Shown here: positions 18,572 to 27,988 of the stretch, in pieces
Layout: every line of letters begins with the position of its first letter
Numbering within the stretch: position 1 is the stretch's first letter
IMG/VR virus record: IMGVR_UViG_3300021164_001175
Coordinates: 29,136 to 93,135 of that record
DNA length: 64,000 nt
Direction: 5' to 3' (one strand)
Origin: a virus
Lineage: Duplodnaviria > Caudoviricetes
The notes under the pieces: model-generated
What the model was told of the DNA's origin: nothing
Database searches by the model: none
Seen by the model: only the letters and a program-made list of their open reading frames with translations
Made by a program: the position numbers and the translations under genes

Positions 18572-18708
18572 CGGTTGTGTAGGAGCTAAGGGTGTACCGG
18601 CAATCTAGAGAGAGGGTGTCGGGACTTTTTTTATCACCCCTCCCCATGCGCGCCCCACATGCGCCAAAAAATATGGGTTCCAGAAACCTGATTAGATTTA
18701 TCCGTTTC

Positions 18709-19500
18709 CTACAGGCTGGTGGTGATTACATTCCCAGTTCTCTGGTCAAGTGGTGGTAGTTCCTTTACCACTAAGGCTCTCTGTAGCCATCTATCGGTTC
18801 CGTCGTATCTCGGCTGGAATGGTGCTCTTCCGTGTACACAGGCATGGTTGTTGATAACCAAGATATCCCCTGTCATGAGGGCAATCTTTCGTGTAGCGAG
18901 TGAGATTGCTTTGTCTAGGTGCTCTAGAGCAAGTCTTGCTTGTGGAGTTGTGCCTTGCATGAGGGTCTTGTCGTAAATGAGCGAACTTCCATTGAGGATA
19001 GAAGTAGTTATTGTCCTATCCGGTTGTCCATCATTTTGGAAGGAAATGTCTAGGGAGGTAGTGAAGAGCTTCTCTCTCAGGATTTCTTTGATTCCGCCGC
19101 TGAGATTCCTCAGAATATTGGAAAGCGTTGCAATCGTAGTGAAGGCTTCTGGGTCACCTCGTAAACACATCAGCAAAACATAGTCAGGTCGATAAGGATG
19201 GAAGGCTGTCTCTGTATGAAGCTCTAGTTGCACCTTTGATGACGTGGAAATCTGTTGATACTCGGTCTTGTGGTTAGGTACAAGATTCTGAATCATCATT
19301 CCATTATGTTCTTGCCTATAGCCAATCAAATGACCAAATAGCGCCGCTTTTTCTCTGAGGATATTTGTTTCCGGCAGCACGACATTGTCTGGAGTCATCG
19401 GAGTTGGTGGAACATCTTTACCCGTGAACTGGTTGGGGTACAACTCATATTCAAGAACATTGAATTGATTTAGATTTAAATGAGTGGGGTTGAATATCAT
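18709..19500 (-). CDS. TauD/clavaminate-synthase-like Fe(II)/2OG dioxygenase
   Basis: LELHTETAFH (HxE), PDYVLLMCLR, NNHACVHGRAPF, RYDGTDRWLQR. Confidence 0.9.
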   Translation of the reverse strand: MIFNPTHLNLNQFNVLEYELYPNQFTGKDVPPTPMTPDNVVLPETNILREKAALFGHLIGYRQEHNGMMIQNLVPNHKTEYQQISTSSKVQLELHTETAFHPYRPDYVLLMCLRGDPEAFTTIATLSNILRNLSGGIKEILREKLFTTSLDISFQNDGQPDRTITTSILNGSSLIYDKTLMQGTTPQARLALEHLDKAISLATRKIALMTGDILVINNHACVHGRAPFQPRYDGTDRWLQRALVVKELPPLDQRTGNVITTSL

Positions 19501-19659
19501 AAAATCGCTTCTATTTCTGTTTAGATTTATCCATTTTCGTAGATACTAGTACAGGTCAACCTTTGTCCCAGGAGGAAGTTACAGAAATACCGTACAGGGT
19601 CACTGCCCGTGTTTAACGGAGTTACTGCACTCTTGGCGAGTTGGTTGTATCGTAGCAGT

Positions 19660-19905
19660 ATGGGCGCAAACTTCAATTCGAGAGAACTCTACCCACTAGT
19701 GATACGTCAGTCTCGCTATTCAGGTGTGTACGAAGGCGGCGAGTGGATTGCAATCCCAAATTACGATGAGTCAGACATTGCATTGAATGACTACCTACAC
19801 GGAGACGACGACGACTTTTTTACGTGGGCAGAAAAGACGACATTTGGTGCTGGCTCAACTCCAGAATCAGCCATTGCCGACCTGTACGAGAAACTGAACT
19901 ACTAA
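19660..19905 (+). CDS. hypothetical protein
   Basis: YPLVIRQSRYSGVYEGGEW...GAGSTPESAIADL; ATG 19660. Confidence 0.65.
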   Translation: MGANFNSRELYPLVIRQSRYSGVYEGGEWIAIPNYDESDIALNDYLHGDDDDFFTWAEKTTFGAGSTPESAIADLYEKLNY

Positions 19906-19994
19906 TCACTATCTACGATTAGGTATATCTATTTTAGAGATACAAGTAATACTTGAATCATGTTTAGCGATAATGGCGGCATAATAATCGCATC

Positions 19995-20147
19995 ATGTTT
20001 ATATTTATCATCATCTCAGCAGTTTTAGCAATTTCGGGGTTTCATGCCCTGCTCATGAAGTCCGTAGAGGACTTTAATTACGGTGGCGAATCACCATCTA
20101 CCGAATGGCGTGAGTTTGAGCGCCTGAAGAACGGCGTTCGCTTCTAG
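19995..20147 (+). CDS. small membrane-anchored protein, 50 aa (not in ORF track)
   Basis: MFIFIIISAVLAISGFHALL...GVRF*. Confidence 0.55.
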   Translation: MFIFIIISAVLAISGFHALLMKSVEDFNYGGESPSTEWREFERLKNGVRF

Positions 20148-20291
20148 TTATTCCCACATATCCTTGTTTGGGAGTCCAATATCTTTGCGTATTTTGATAA
20201 GACGCGATATTCCAGATGCAGTAATCAATGGAAGCAGTAGAAAAAACGTGATTAATTTAACCGTTTCTTCTGTACGTGATTTTTCACTCAT
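20148..20291 (-). CDS. small membrane protein, 47 aa (not in ORF track)
   Basis: MSEKSRTEETVKLITFFLLLPLITASG...; ATGA overlap with ferredoxin stop. Confidence 0.55.
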   Translation of the reverse strand: MSEKSRTEETVKLITFFLLLPLITASGISRLIKIRKDIGLPNKDMWE

Positions 20292-20533
20292 TGTTCAATG
20301 AAAATGCACTCACCAGGGCATTCCTCTGCTGACTCAATGACATCTTCAAGCCTGTCGTCTGAAAAGGATGCTAATCCAGCTGCGCCTTCTGGGTTCCCCA
20401 CAGCGGCCGCATAAATCTTGTCCCCTTCTCTTACATATGCAAGACCGTCCGGCATCATGTGAAAAACATCTGGGGCTATTTCTGCGCATAGTCCGTCTCC
20501 AGTGCATAGGTCTTGGTCAATCCAGACTCTCAT
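20288..20533 (-). CDS. single-cluster ferredoxin (CxxDxxC...CP)
   Basis: MRVWIDQDLCTGDGLCAEIAPDVF...AEECPGECIFIE; TAATG coupling at 20533. Confidence 0.92.
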   Translation of the reverse strand: MRVWIDQDLCTGDGLCAEIAPDVFHMMPDGLAYVREGDKIYAAAVGNPEGAAGLASFSDDRLEDVIESAEECPGECIFIEQ

Positions 20534-20988
20534 TATTTTTCCTTTGTAATTGGTCCACCAGCAACCCATGCTCGGCATGTTCTCTTTGAAGCACATTTGA
20601 AGTCAAATGCCTCACAGTATCCAAGTTGGCCAGCAGCATCAATTGCTTCCCATTCATCTTGTCTTTCGCCACCAGTAACGCCATCATTAATGCACGATTT
20701 CATTTTTGGGGTCTGAATGAATACCGAACAATTTCCACAACGTTGTTTTTTGGCACTCGCTACATCAACATCCCACTCATCTGCGAGTTTCTGCCAATAG
20801 TCGGCATTTGGTTCTGCTGGATTTAACGGACCATACATTGCCGTCTTGATTGCTTTGCCGCGATTGCGAAGATTGACTGCAATATCCTGGGTCGCCTTAG
20901 GACATGCATTGCCTTCTTCGTCGGCCTTTGTCTCAAAACGAAATCCAAGAATCTTGCCTTGGTAGGTACCCCATGTTTCAGAGCTCAC
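20533..20988 (-). CDS. Cys-rich conserved phage protein, probably head-associated
   Basis: CPKATQDIAVNL..YGPLNP..RCGNC..GYCEAFDFKCASKRTCRAW. Confidence 0.7.
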   Translation of the reverse strand: MSSETWGTYQGKILGFRFETKADEEGNACPKATQDIAVNLRNRGKAIKTAMYGPLNPAEPNADYWQKLADEWDVDVASAKKQRCGNCSVFIQTPKMKSCINDGVTGGERQDEWEAIDAAGQLGYCEAFDFKCASKRTCRAWVAGGPITKEK

Positions 20989-20989
20989 A

Positions 20990-21271
20990 TTACTCCTCGT
21001 TGTCTGGAATGCCGTTGCCGTTTTTGTCTTCAGTATTTCTGCCAGTTGAAATCATCAATCCAGCCAGCGTACCAGTAATAAAGGTTGCAACAGATGAGAG
21101 AACACCAAAGAACATCTTGTCATTCTCTGCTTGAGCCCCAATTGGCTGTGTTACGAACACGAGTGCCCATAGAACACCCACAGTTGTAATAAGTAGCACG
21201 AATCCAAGCATGCATCCGATAACAAATTTTAGTCGAGCATCAAGCTCTGCTGGTGTTAAACGTGGTCTCAT
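20990..21271 (-). CDS. two-TM membrane protein
   Basis: Two hydrophobic helices; C-terminal DKNGNGIPD; ATGA overlap at 21271. Confidence 0.7.
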   Translation of the reverse strand: MRPRLTPAELDARLKFVIGCMLGFVLLITTVGVLWALVFVTQPIGAQAENDKMFFGVLSSVATFITGTLAGLMISTGRNTEDKNGNGIPDNEE

Positions 21272-21486
21272 GGAGCGATTGTCTCCTCTGTTGTTGTTTC
21301 TGTTACTTCGTTCGGGTCCCATCCAAGTAGCGTTTCTGTGCACGCGCCATCTACCTTGCATGCTGGTGGCTCACATTCTGTGTTGCCCCAATTTTCAGGG
21401 TCTTGGCATGAGTAGCGATACTTTCCGTCATAACCACAAGAAGCAAGAGCAAGTATGGAAATGAGGACAAGACTAAACCGCTTCAT
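21268..21486 (-). CDS. small Cys-rich lipoprotein
   Basis: MKRFSLVLISILALASC lipobox; CQDP..C..P.C....C. Confidence 0.75.
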   Translation of the reverse strand: MKRFSLVLISILALASCGYDGKYRYSCQDPENWGNTECEPPACKVDGACTETLLGWDPNEVTETTTEETIAP

Positions 21487-21745
21487 TCGCCTTTGCTTTC
21501 GCTGGGGCCTTCTTGTCAACCTTATTGAAGACATCGTTAATTTCAGAACTTGAAAGTTTCCCGTCTTCTAAAAATGCTCTAGACAACCCCTCAACTACGA
21601 CTGCAACCCCTGCAATTCCAGCCATGAAGACAGCCTTGAGTACCGGAACACCAGCGATAGTTCCTGCACCGATAACACCCAAGCCAGATGCGGCAAAAGT
21701 AGCGAGAATTCGGAGAAGTACATTAATAAACAAGTCTTTTTTCAT
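21473..21745 (-). CDS. holin-like membrane protein
   Basis: Two TM segments, DGKLSSSEIN, basic tail. Confidence 0.6.
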   Translation of the reverse strand: MKKDLFINVLLRILATFAASGLGVIGAGTIAGVPVLKAVFMAGIAGVAVVVEGLSRAFLEDGKLSSSEINDVFNKVDKKAPAKAKANEAV

Positions 21746-21767
21746 TCATTTATTATCTCACAAAATT

Positions 21768-21804
21768 AAAAGCCGCCAGCGAACTTAATCACTGGCGGCT
21801 TTTA
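21768..21804. terminator. bidirectional intrinsic terminator
   Basis: AAAAGCCGCCAG...CTGGCGGCTTTT. Confidence 0.8.
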
Positions 21805-21824
21805 TAACCCGAAAAGGGAATTAA

Positions 21825-22253
21825 TTAGGCTTGAACGCCACCTGGGTGGGTGCCACGGAGGGTTGCAACGTCATAAACGTTGTCACCCGAGTCGGCAGGA
21901 ACCATGTCGTAGCTTACGAGAACTGAAAGGTTTGCACCAGCAACAGATGAGCCAACTACGTCAACATCGACCGAGATGACATCGCCAGCTGCGAATGTTC
22001 CTGCTTCAACATCGCCGCTATTGTCCGAGAAACCGCTGATTGCGATTGAGGGACGATTTGCCTGAGTTGTGAACACTGTGGTTCCAGCGACATTGACGTC
22101 ACAAACAAGGGCTGCACCAGTTGGAGCAGTCGTTACTGCGGTCGTGACTGAGCGGATGGTTCCAGCATGTGGCATACGAACTGCCGCCTTGCTGCTTGTT
22201 GCTAATACTCCGGTTACGGAGAGAACGATTGAGGCTGGTGCCGATGCTGACAT
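21825..22253 (-). CDS. beta-rich virion protein (decoration/fibre-like)
   Basis: A/V/T/G-rich, TAPTGAALVCDVN, FAAGDVISVDVD; AAGGAG RBS; own promoter and terminator. Confidence 0.65.
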   Translation of the reverse strand: MSASAPASIVLSVTGVLATSSKAAVRMPHAGTIRSVTTAVTTAPTGAALVCDVNVAGTTVFTTQANRPSIAISGFSDNSGDVEAGTFAAGDVISVDVDVVGSSVAGANLSVLVSYDMVPADSGDNVYDVATLRGTHPGGVQA

Positions 22254-22286
22254 TTATTGCTCCTTGTTAAAATTTGTGGATAGCCA

Positions 22287-22322
22287 ATAATAGCAGAAGG
22301 TTATTTACCCTCAGTGGACTTT
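22287..22322 (-). promoter_or_regulatory. putative late promoter
   Basis: AAAGTCCAC-N21-TATTAT. Confidence 0.5.
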
Positions 22323-22771
22323 TATGCCTTCTTTTCCTCTGACTCCATCTTGTAGATTTCATCGGCAATTTTCTTTGAATAACGTTTTCTGAGACCCCAA
22401 ATCTTTTGGTTCATCTCAAACATGGCTTCTGTTTGGCGGGCTTTTTTCATTACATCATTGGAAAATATTCCATATTTATTGAAAAGGTGATTATCAATAT
22501 CCGAAGCTTCAATAAGGATGTCCGACACCCAGTTGGCACGGTTATCAATGGCGACCAGCATCTCGCACATGCCCTCGTAGCCGAAATCGTTATAGGCTCG
22601 GCTGACACTCATGTGGCAGTAGTTCTTCCGGTAGGTGGTGTCTGCATCTGAGGCGGTTGCAATAAATTCAGCAATGAAATTTGTTAAACCTTCACGGGTC
22701 ACTTCATTGAATTCCGCCGCACCGCTTTCCCAGTCCTCTTCCATCTCGCCATCCTGATTAAAATCACTCAT
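22322..22771 (-). CDS. hypothetical protein
   Basis: GGAG RBS. Confidence 0.7.
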   Translation of the reverse strand: MSDFNQDGEMEEDWESGAAEFNEVTREGLTNFIAEFIATASDADTTYRKNYCHMSVSRAYNDFGYEGMCEMLVAIDNRANWVSDILIEASDIDNHLFNKYGIFSNDVMKKARQTEAMFEMNQKIWGLRKRYSKKIADEIYKMESEEKKA

Positions 22772-22822
22772 GGGAGTCTCCGTTCAATTTCGGTCACTTG
22801 TTAATCATCTCACGATTTGTGT

Positions 22823-23845
22823 TTAAGCCATTGAAAGGATGAGTTCTTGGGCTGCTGTTTTCTTCTTATTGACCCATGAGTATGTATTCATGGAAGAAAC
22901 AGCCCGTTCCTCTTTTGTCGCTTCTCTGTAGTGGTCTAGGTACTCGGTAATGGTGTTGTACATTGCCCAGCCGTTTTGACCCACTCCACCAGCATTCGTT
23001 TTCTTTGGGTACAAGACCTTCATGGCCTCAAGAATCAGTTCTCGATTCTTTTGCTGAGTCTTGCTCTCGTTTTTTGTCTGGGTGAACAATGTGTTGACAA
23101 TATAGTCAAACTTTGCTGACGATTTATCAATTGGAATCTGCAACATCTTTTCTGCTGATTGAGCAAAGATGTGCGCCCATGATTTTGACAATCTCAACAC
23201 TTCTTGTGCATCATTCACGATGAAGTCAGCATTTTTTGTATGCCTTGCAGTTACTTTCATTGATGCATCTTGAATAGCGGTAAAAACTGTGTTCTTACAT
23301 ACTGCACGAATTGGTGTGTTGGCAAATGTGATTGGTGTTTTTCCATCATGTCCATTACGAACAACGATGTATCTATCAATTCTGTCGTTGATTCCATTTG
23401 GGTCAATATGAACAGCACCTAGGTCAAGTGTTGCAAAAAACTCACGACCGCCATCAAGGACACCGCATGTATCAATAAGTGCATCTCCCTTTGATGCCCC
23501 AACAACGGCTAATGCCCTTTCAAGTACTTCCCTATTTTGTTGTACTACGTATCGTGTCCCAACGGTTGATAGAGCATTAAATGTCCCATCACCATTAACA
23601 CGAATTGTGGCTCTTGAATCTTTTACGATTATCGCAGAGCCATCTGGATTCAATAAAAAATTACCTTCAGCATCAACCACTGCAACACCGGCTGTAACAA
23701 CATCAAAGTCAGCATTTGCTGCACGGAGCATGTCGGGGATTGTCTGGAGCCCCTTAACTGGGGTTCCCAGTTTGTGCCAAGGGACAGAATGGTCGGCATA
23801 AGCCATCCGTGCCTGCATATTCGTGATTTCAATTCCGTGTGCCAT
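22823..23845 (-). CDS. DUF932/DUF945-family phage/plasmid protein
   Basis: MAHGIE..MAYA..PWHKLG, VGTRYVVQQN, NGHDG, TPIRAVCKNT. Confidence 0.88.
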   Translation of the reverse strand: MAHGIEITNMQARMAYADHSVPWHKLGTPVKGLQTIPDMLRAANADFDVVTAGVAVVDAEGNFLLNPDGSAIIVKDSRATIRVNGDGTFNALSTVGTRYVVQQNREVLERALAVVGASKGDALIDTCGVLDGGREFFATLDLGAVHIDPNGINDRIDRYIVVRNGHDGKTPITFANTPIRAVCKNTVFTAIQDASMKVTARHTKNADFIVNDAQEVLRLSKSWAHIFAQSAEKMLQIPIDKSSAKFDYIVNTLFTQTKNESKTQQKNRELILEAMKVLYPKKTNAGGVGQNGWAMYNTITEYLDHYREATKEERAVSSMNTYSWVNKKKTAAQELILSMA

Positions 23846-23863
23846 CCCTATAGGATAGTGCAT

Positions 23864-24328
23864 ATGGGACGTCTATCTGATTTTGACATTGAATCTTTGG
23901 GAAAAACATTTGACTTCGAGAAGGATTTAGCTTTCGGTCAAAATGGTGAAAAATCAATTATTGAATTTGCTAAAGCAATTGGCTCTGGTGCCGTTGAGGT
24001 AAAAACGGACAGATACAAGAACGGCAAAATGGTTGTTGAAACTCATCAGAGTCCAGGGAATAGAAAAGATATTGACGGGAAAAACATTTGGGTTCCATCT
24101 GGGTTGAATGTGACCAAGGCTGAATGGTGGGTTTACATCTATTCAGTTGACCAATCATTTGTAATGTTCAAAGTGGACAGACTCAAGCGATACTTGCGAG
24201 CTCATCCAGAGATGTACAACAACAGCACGAAGCGAACAATGGCTCCAAATTCGGATAACCCAGCACTTGCTTGGATTGTTGAAAAAAATGACGTCATCAA
24301 CATGATTAGTTCAGCGCAGTACGACTAA
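23864..24328 (+). CDS. PD-(D/E)XK restriction-endonuclease-like protein
   Basis: DLAFGQNGE..VEVKTD..GKMVVE..SGLNVTKAEWW. Confidence 0.75.
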   Translation: MGRLSDFDIESLGKTFDFEKDLAFGQNGEKSIIEFAKAIGSGAVEVKTDRYKNGKMVVETHQSPGNRKDIDGKNIWVPSGLNVTKAEWWVYIYSVDQSFVMFKVDRLKRYLRAHPEMYNNSTKRTMAPNSDNPALAWIVEKNDVINMISSAQYD

Positions 24329-24447
24329 ACCCTTTACCCATAAGGGTTTAATTGGATATTTTTTTTATTAAAAAAGGTTGTTGTTATGCTTTTTTACTGC
24401 GTATAGTAAATGTTATTAGAAATCACTACTAAGAAAGGCAGTTAATC

Positions 24448-24663
24448 ATGTCCGATTACACCAAACTCAAAAAAGAAGGCTTGAAGCGTGGTCGTCCACG
24501 TCTTCCAGAAAATGAAAGACAAGAACGCAAACAACTTGTTCTAATGCGCGCAGAAGCACGTCGTCGAGCAATGCTTGTCATTTGCGACAGGCACACCGAA
24601 GAACTAAAAAATCAAGTTGAAGTTGAATTGAAAGAATTGCTCAAGCAGAGCAAGAAAAAGTAA
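24448..24663 (+). CDS. small basic DNA-binding protein (AT-hook-like)
   Basis: KRGRPR then coiled coil; own TATAGT promoter. Confidence 0.7.
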   Translation: MSDYTKLKKEGLKRGRPRLPENERQERKQLVLMRAEARRRAMLVICDRHTEELKNQVEVELKELLKQSKKK

Positions 24664-24915
24664 TTACTTCTTCTTCTTTTTGCCAAAGATTCGTTTCCAT
24701 AACGAACTCTTCTTTGCAACAGCGATATTGATATTCACAGTCTCGGTAAGTTCTGATACGAACTTCTGAGCATCAACGAAGTGTCTGTCAATCGCGGCAC
24801 CGTCAATGAAGTCGTCCTTTTTTTCAGCTTTTGGAGCTGTCTTTTTAGGGGCGACTTTTTTGGCTACTGCCTTTTTTGCTGGAGCTTTCTTTACTGGTTT
24901 CTTGTTTGTTGTCAT
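24664..24915 (-). CDS. K/A-rich histone-H1-like basic protein
   Basis: MTTNKKPVKKAPAKKAVAKKVAPKK; leaderless after TAGTAT. Confidence 0.7.
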   Translation of the reverse strand: MTTNKKPVKKAPAKKAVAKKVAPKKTAPKAEKKDDFIDGAAIDRHFVDAQKFVSELTETVNINIAVAKKSSLWKRIFGKKKKK

Positions 24916-24922
24916 AGGTGAA

Positions 24923-24958
24923 ATACTAGCCACAGGCGAAAGCCTCGTAGTGGAACTA
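24923..24958 (-). promoter_or_regulatory. putative late promoter
   Basis: TAGTTCCAC-N21-TAGTAT. Confidence 0.65.
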
Positions 24959-24992
24959 CATCCCCTAGGAAAATTCAATATCATTTAGGCTG

Positions 24993-25643
24993 ATGGTCGT
25001 GGAAGACGACTATGTAGACGATGTTCAGAAAATGGCGCTAATCACTACGTCGTCCCAGTTGGCAAAAGAAGCCTCTGTTGCAGTTGAAGGGATTGGCGAA
25101 GACCTTGGCTTCAACTTTTTTGGCTGGGTTGGCGGTTCTCTGAGGATAATCTGCCAGATGAGTAAGCAAGCCATGAGGCAGACGCACCCAGATAGGTTTA
25201 CTGCATCAATGAGCCTCTGTGTGGCTCTGAGGCGCTACTGGGGGGTCACAGACATCACAATGGTTGCAGAAGGCTTTATATCCCTAGACCCCCTCACAAC
25301 GCGCGGGAAAGACCTTAGAAGGCTGTTCGCCAATACGGATGACATTGGGGAATGCATAACAATCACCCATGCATATAGTGATTTGCGAACCGACCCACCA
25401 AAGCAGGCCGTGAGCCTTGTCGCCGTTCCGTACTCGTATGGATTGGGTCGAAAGATTGAGTGGAAGCAAATGCTGGCAGCCCCAGACGATGGAGTGAAAA
25501 TCCTGAGGGAAAGTATGTACCCGCAAATGTTGATGCGAGTCCTCACCGAGAGGGTAGAGAAAGAAGTTCCCAGTGATGCACTTTATTCAATCATTGAGCA
25601 GATGATGGAAAATGGATTTGAAGTTTTTGAGTTTGAGATTTAA
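24993..25643 (+). CDS. hypothetical protein
   Basis: 216-aa ORF. Confidence 0.7.
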   Translation: MVVEDDYVDDVQKMALITTSSQLAKEASVAVEGIGEDLGFNFFGWVGGSLRIICQMSKQAMRQTHPDRFTASMSLCVALRRYWGVTDITMVAEGFISLDPLTTRGKDLRRLFANTDDIGECITITHAYSDLRTDPPKQAVSLVAVPYSYGLGRKIEWKQMLAAPDDGVKILRESMYPQMLMRVLTERVEKEVPSDALYSIIEQMMENGFEVFEFEI

Positions 25644-25657
25644 TGTAAACTTTAAAT

Positions 25658-25990
25658 ATGGATTATCCACAGCACCCGTTTCATAATTCAACTATTAATC
25701 TTGCAAATGGCATATTCAGTATCGGGAGCATAAAGATATCCACAGCCGATAGACAAAAGTGCCCAGTCTGTGGACATGCCACCGGAGATTGCACTGGAGA
25801 AACTGGACCGCCAAAAAGTATTGCTGGATTCAACCAAATTGAGTCGTTGAAAAAAACACAATCACTTCTTGTTGAAGAAGATATTTCTGAAGAAAGACAA
25901 ATCACACCTTTTAACAAGATTCGAGTAGTTATTCATCGCAAGGGGAGTTATATTTCCTTGGACGAGGCCAAGAAATTTGGTCTTCTCTAG
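25658..25990 (+). CDS. hypothetical protein with CxxCxH...C
   Basis: CPVCGHATGDC; leaderless after TAAACT. Confidence 0.7.
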   Translation: MDYPQHPFHNSTINLANGIFSIGSIKISTADRQKCPVCGHATGDCTGETGPPKSIAGFNQIESLKKTQSLLVEEDISEERQITPFNKIRVVIHRKGSYISLDEAKKFGLL

Positions 25991-26062
25991 GATATTTCAC
26001 TATTTGTTTGTGGAGTACAATAGATTCCTCTAATCGTGACTACTTAATCTAAAAGGGGCTTT

Positions 26063-27988
26063 ATGTCTTACATTGACGACTCTCTCGTTGCTTCCTACTC
26101 AACACAAACACCTCCCTGGGGATTTAGCGGTCTTGGTGAAATTGTTTATTTGAGGACCTATTCACGCAAGAAGGACAACGGTGATTTGGAGAGCTGGCCA
26201 GAAACTCTCCAGCGAGTAATCAATGGAGCAATTGAAGTTGGCGCAAAACTTTCACAAGAAGAAGCAGAGAAACTCTTTGACCACTGCTTCAATCTTCGCG
26301 CATCTTTTTCGGGTCGCTCACTCTGGCAACTTGGTACGCCGCTTGTTAAGAAGCTCAATGCAACATCGCTAAATAATTGCTATTTCACCAACATTGAGAA
26401 GATTGAAGACTTTGAGATGTTGTTTGAGTATTTGATGCTCGGTGGAGGTGTTGGATTTTCTGTAGAGCGAGCAAAGATTCACGACTTACCAAAAGTTCAA
26501 GAAGGTGTAGTCATTACCCAAGAGCGAAGTAACGATGCGGACATTATTGTCCCGGACTCCCGTCAGGGTTGGAAGCGTTTACTTCATGCTGTGCTTAAGT
26601 CGTATTTTGAGACCGGAAAATCTTTCAGTTACTCAACGATTTTGATTCGTGAGTTCGGTGCTCCATTGAATACATTTGGCGGAACAGCATCTGGACCCGG
26701 TGCCCTGATTGAAGGTGTTAAAGATATTTGTGGAGTGCTTGAAAACCGAGTAGGAAAGAAGCTTCGCTCAATTGATGTTCTTGACATCTGCAACATCATT
26801 GGTCGAATTGTTGTTTCTGGTTCATCACGTCGCTCAGCACAGATTGCGATGGGTGACCCAGACGACGTTCTGTTCCTTCGTGCAAAGAACTGGGGTTCAG
26901 GGAATGTTCCAGCATGGAGAGCCAATTCAAACAACAGCATCTATGCCGATTATTACGAAGAAATTCAACCAGAACTCTGGAAGGGTTATGACGGAACTGG
27001 AGAGCCTTACGGTTTGCTGAATCGTCGCCTTGCTCGACGCTTTGGTCGTACTGGAGAAGTGAAGGTTGATAATTCAATTGAGGGTTTTAACCCATGTGCG
27101 GAAATCGCACTTGCGGATGGCGAATCCTGCAACCTTGCAACATTGTTTTTACCGAACATTGATTCCTATGAACAATTTGTAGAGATTTCAACTCTTCTGT
27201 ATAAGGTACAAAAGCAAATCACTCAGATGTCCTACCCATACGAAAAGACAACGAACATTGTTCGCAAGAATGCTCGCTTGGGACAATCCATAACTGGAAT
27301 CCTGCAGTGTGAAAGCGAAAAAATGACATGGCTTTCGGATGGCTATCAGGCTCTTGTTGACTACGATGCAAAATTCTCAAAAGAGAATGGATTGCCAACA
27401 TCGGTAAGACTCACCACCGTTCAGCCTTCGGGAACATTGTCCCTTCTCCCAGGTGTGACTCCAGGAATCCATCCTGCATATGCCAAGTACTACATTAGGC
27501 GTGTTCGTTTCGGTTCCTCTGACCCACTTGTTGAAGCATGTCGCAAGCGTGGATACAAAGTTCAGTGGGACATGGGCCTAGATGGAAGAGAAGACCACAC
27601 ACGTTATGTTGTGGACTTTCCGTGCGAATCCCCAGAGGGTTCCATCCTTGCCAAAGACATGACAGCCGTAGAACAGTTGGAATGGGTAAAGAAAATGCAG
27701 ACGGAGTGGGCAGACAACGCAGTATCCGTAACTGTCTATTACCGCAAGGAAGAACTTCCACTTATCCAAGAATGGTTGTCAAAGAATTACGATAAGAGTG
27801 TAAAGTCCGTTTCATTCTTGCTACATACTGACCACAACTTCGTTCTTCCTCCATACGAAGAAATCACAGAAGCTGAATACATAAAGTTTGCATCAAAAAT
27901 TGACTTAACAATTCCGATGGTTCAGCGTTCGTTTGACGGAGAGTTGGATTTGGATAACTGCTCCACTGGCGCGTGCCCGATTAAGTAA
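26063..27988 (+). CDS. nrdJ: class II (B12-dependent) ribonucleotide reductase
   Basis: SLNNC, GFNPCAEI, ESCNL, TTVQPSGT, C-terminal CSTGACPIK. Confidence 0.95.
   Translation: MSYIDDSLVASYSTQTPPWGFSGLGEIVYLRTYSRKKDNGDLESWPETLQRVINGAIEVGAKLSQEEAEKLFDHCFNLRASFSGRSLWQLGTPLVKKLNATSLNNCYFTNIEKIEDFEMLFEYLMLGGGVGFSVERAKIHDLPKVQEGVVITQERSNDADIIVPDSRQGWKRLLHAVLKSYFETGKSFSYSTILIREFGAPLNTFGGTASGPGALIEGVKDICGVLENRVGKKLRSIDVLDICNIIGRIVVSGSSRRSAQIAMGDPDDVLFLRAKNWGSGNVPAWRANSNNSIYADYYEEIQPELWKGYDGTGEPYGLLNRRLARRFGRTGEVKVDNSIEGFNPCAEIALADGESCNLATLFLPNIDSYEQFVEISTLLYKVQKQITQMSYPYEKTTNIVRKNARLGQSITGILQCESEKMTWLSDGYQALVDYDAKFSKENGLPTSVRLTTVQPSGTLSLLPGVTPGIHPAYAKYYIRRVRFGSSDPLVEACRKRGYKVQWDMGLDGREDHTRYVVDFPCESPEGSILAKDMTAVEQLEWVKKMQTEWADNAVSVTVYYRKEELPLIQEWLSKNYDKSVKSVSFLLHTDHNFVLPPYEEITEAEYIKFASKIDLTIPMVQRSFDGELDLDNCSTGACPIK

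Noticed and set aside
26063-27988. Intron or intein in nrdJ (and in terL)
   Set aside because: Both are uninterrupted and of normal length.
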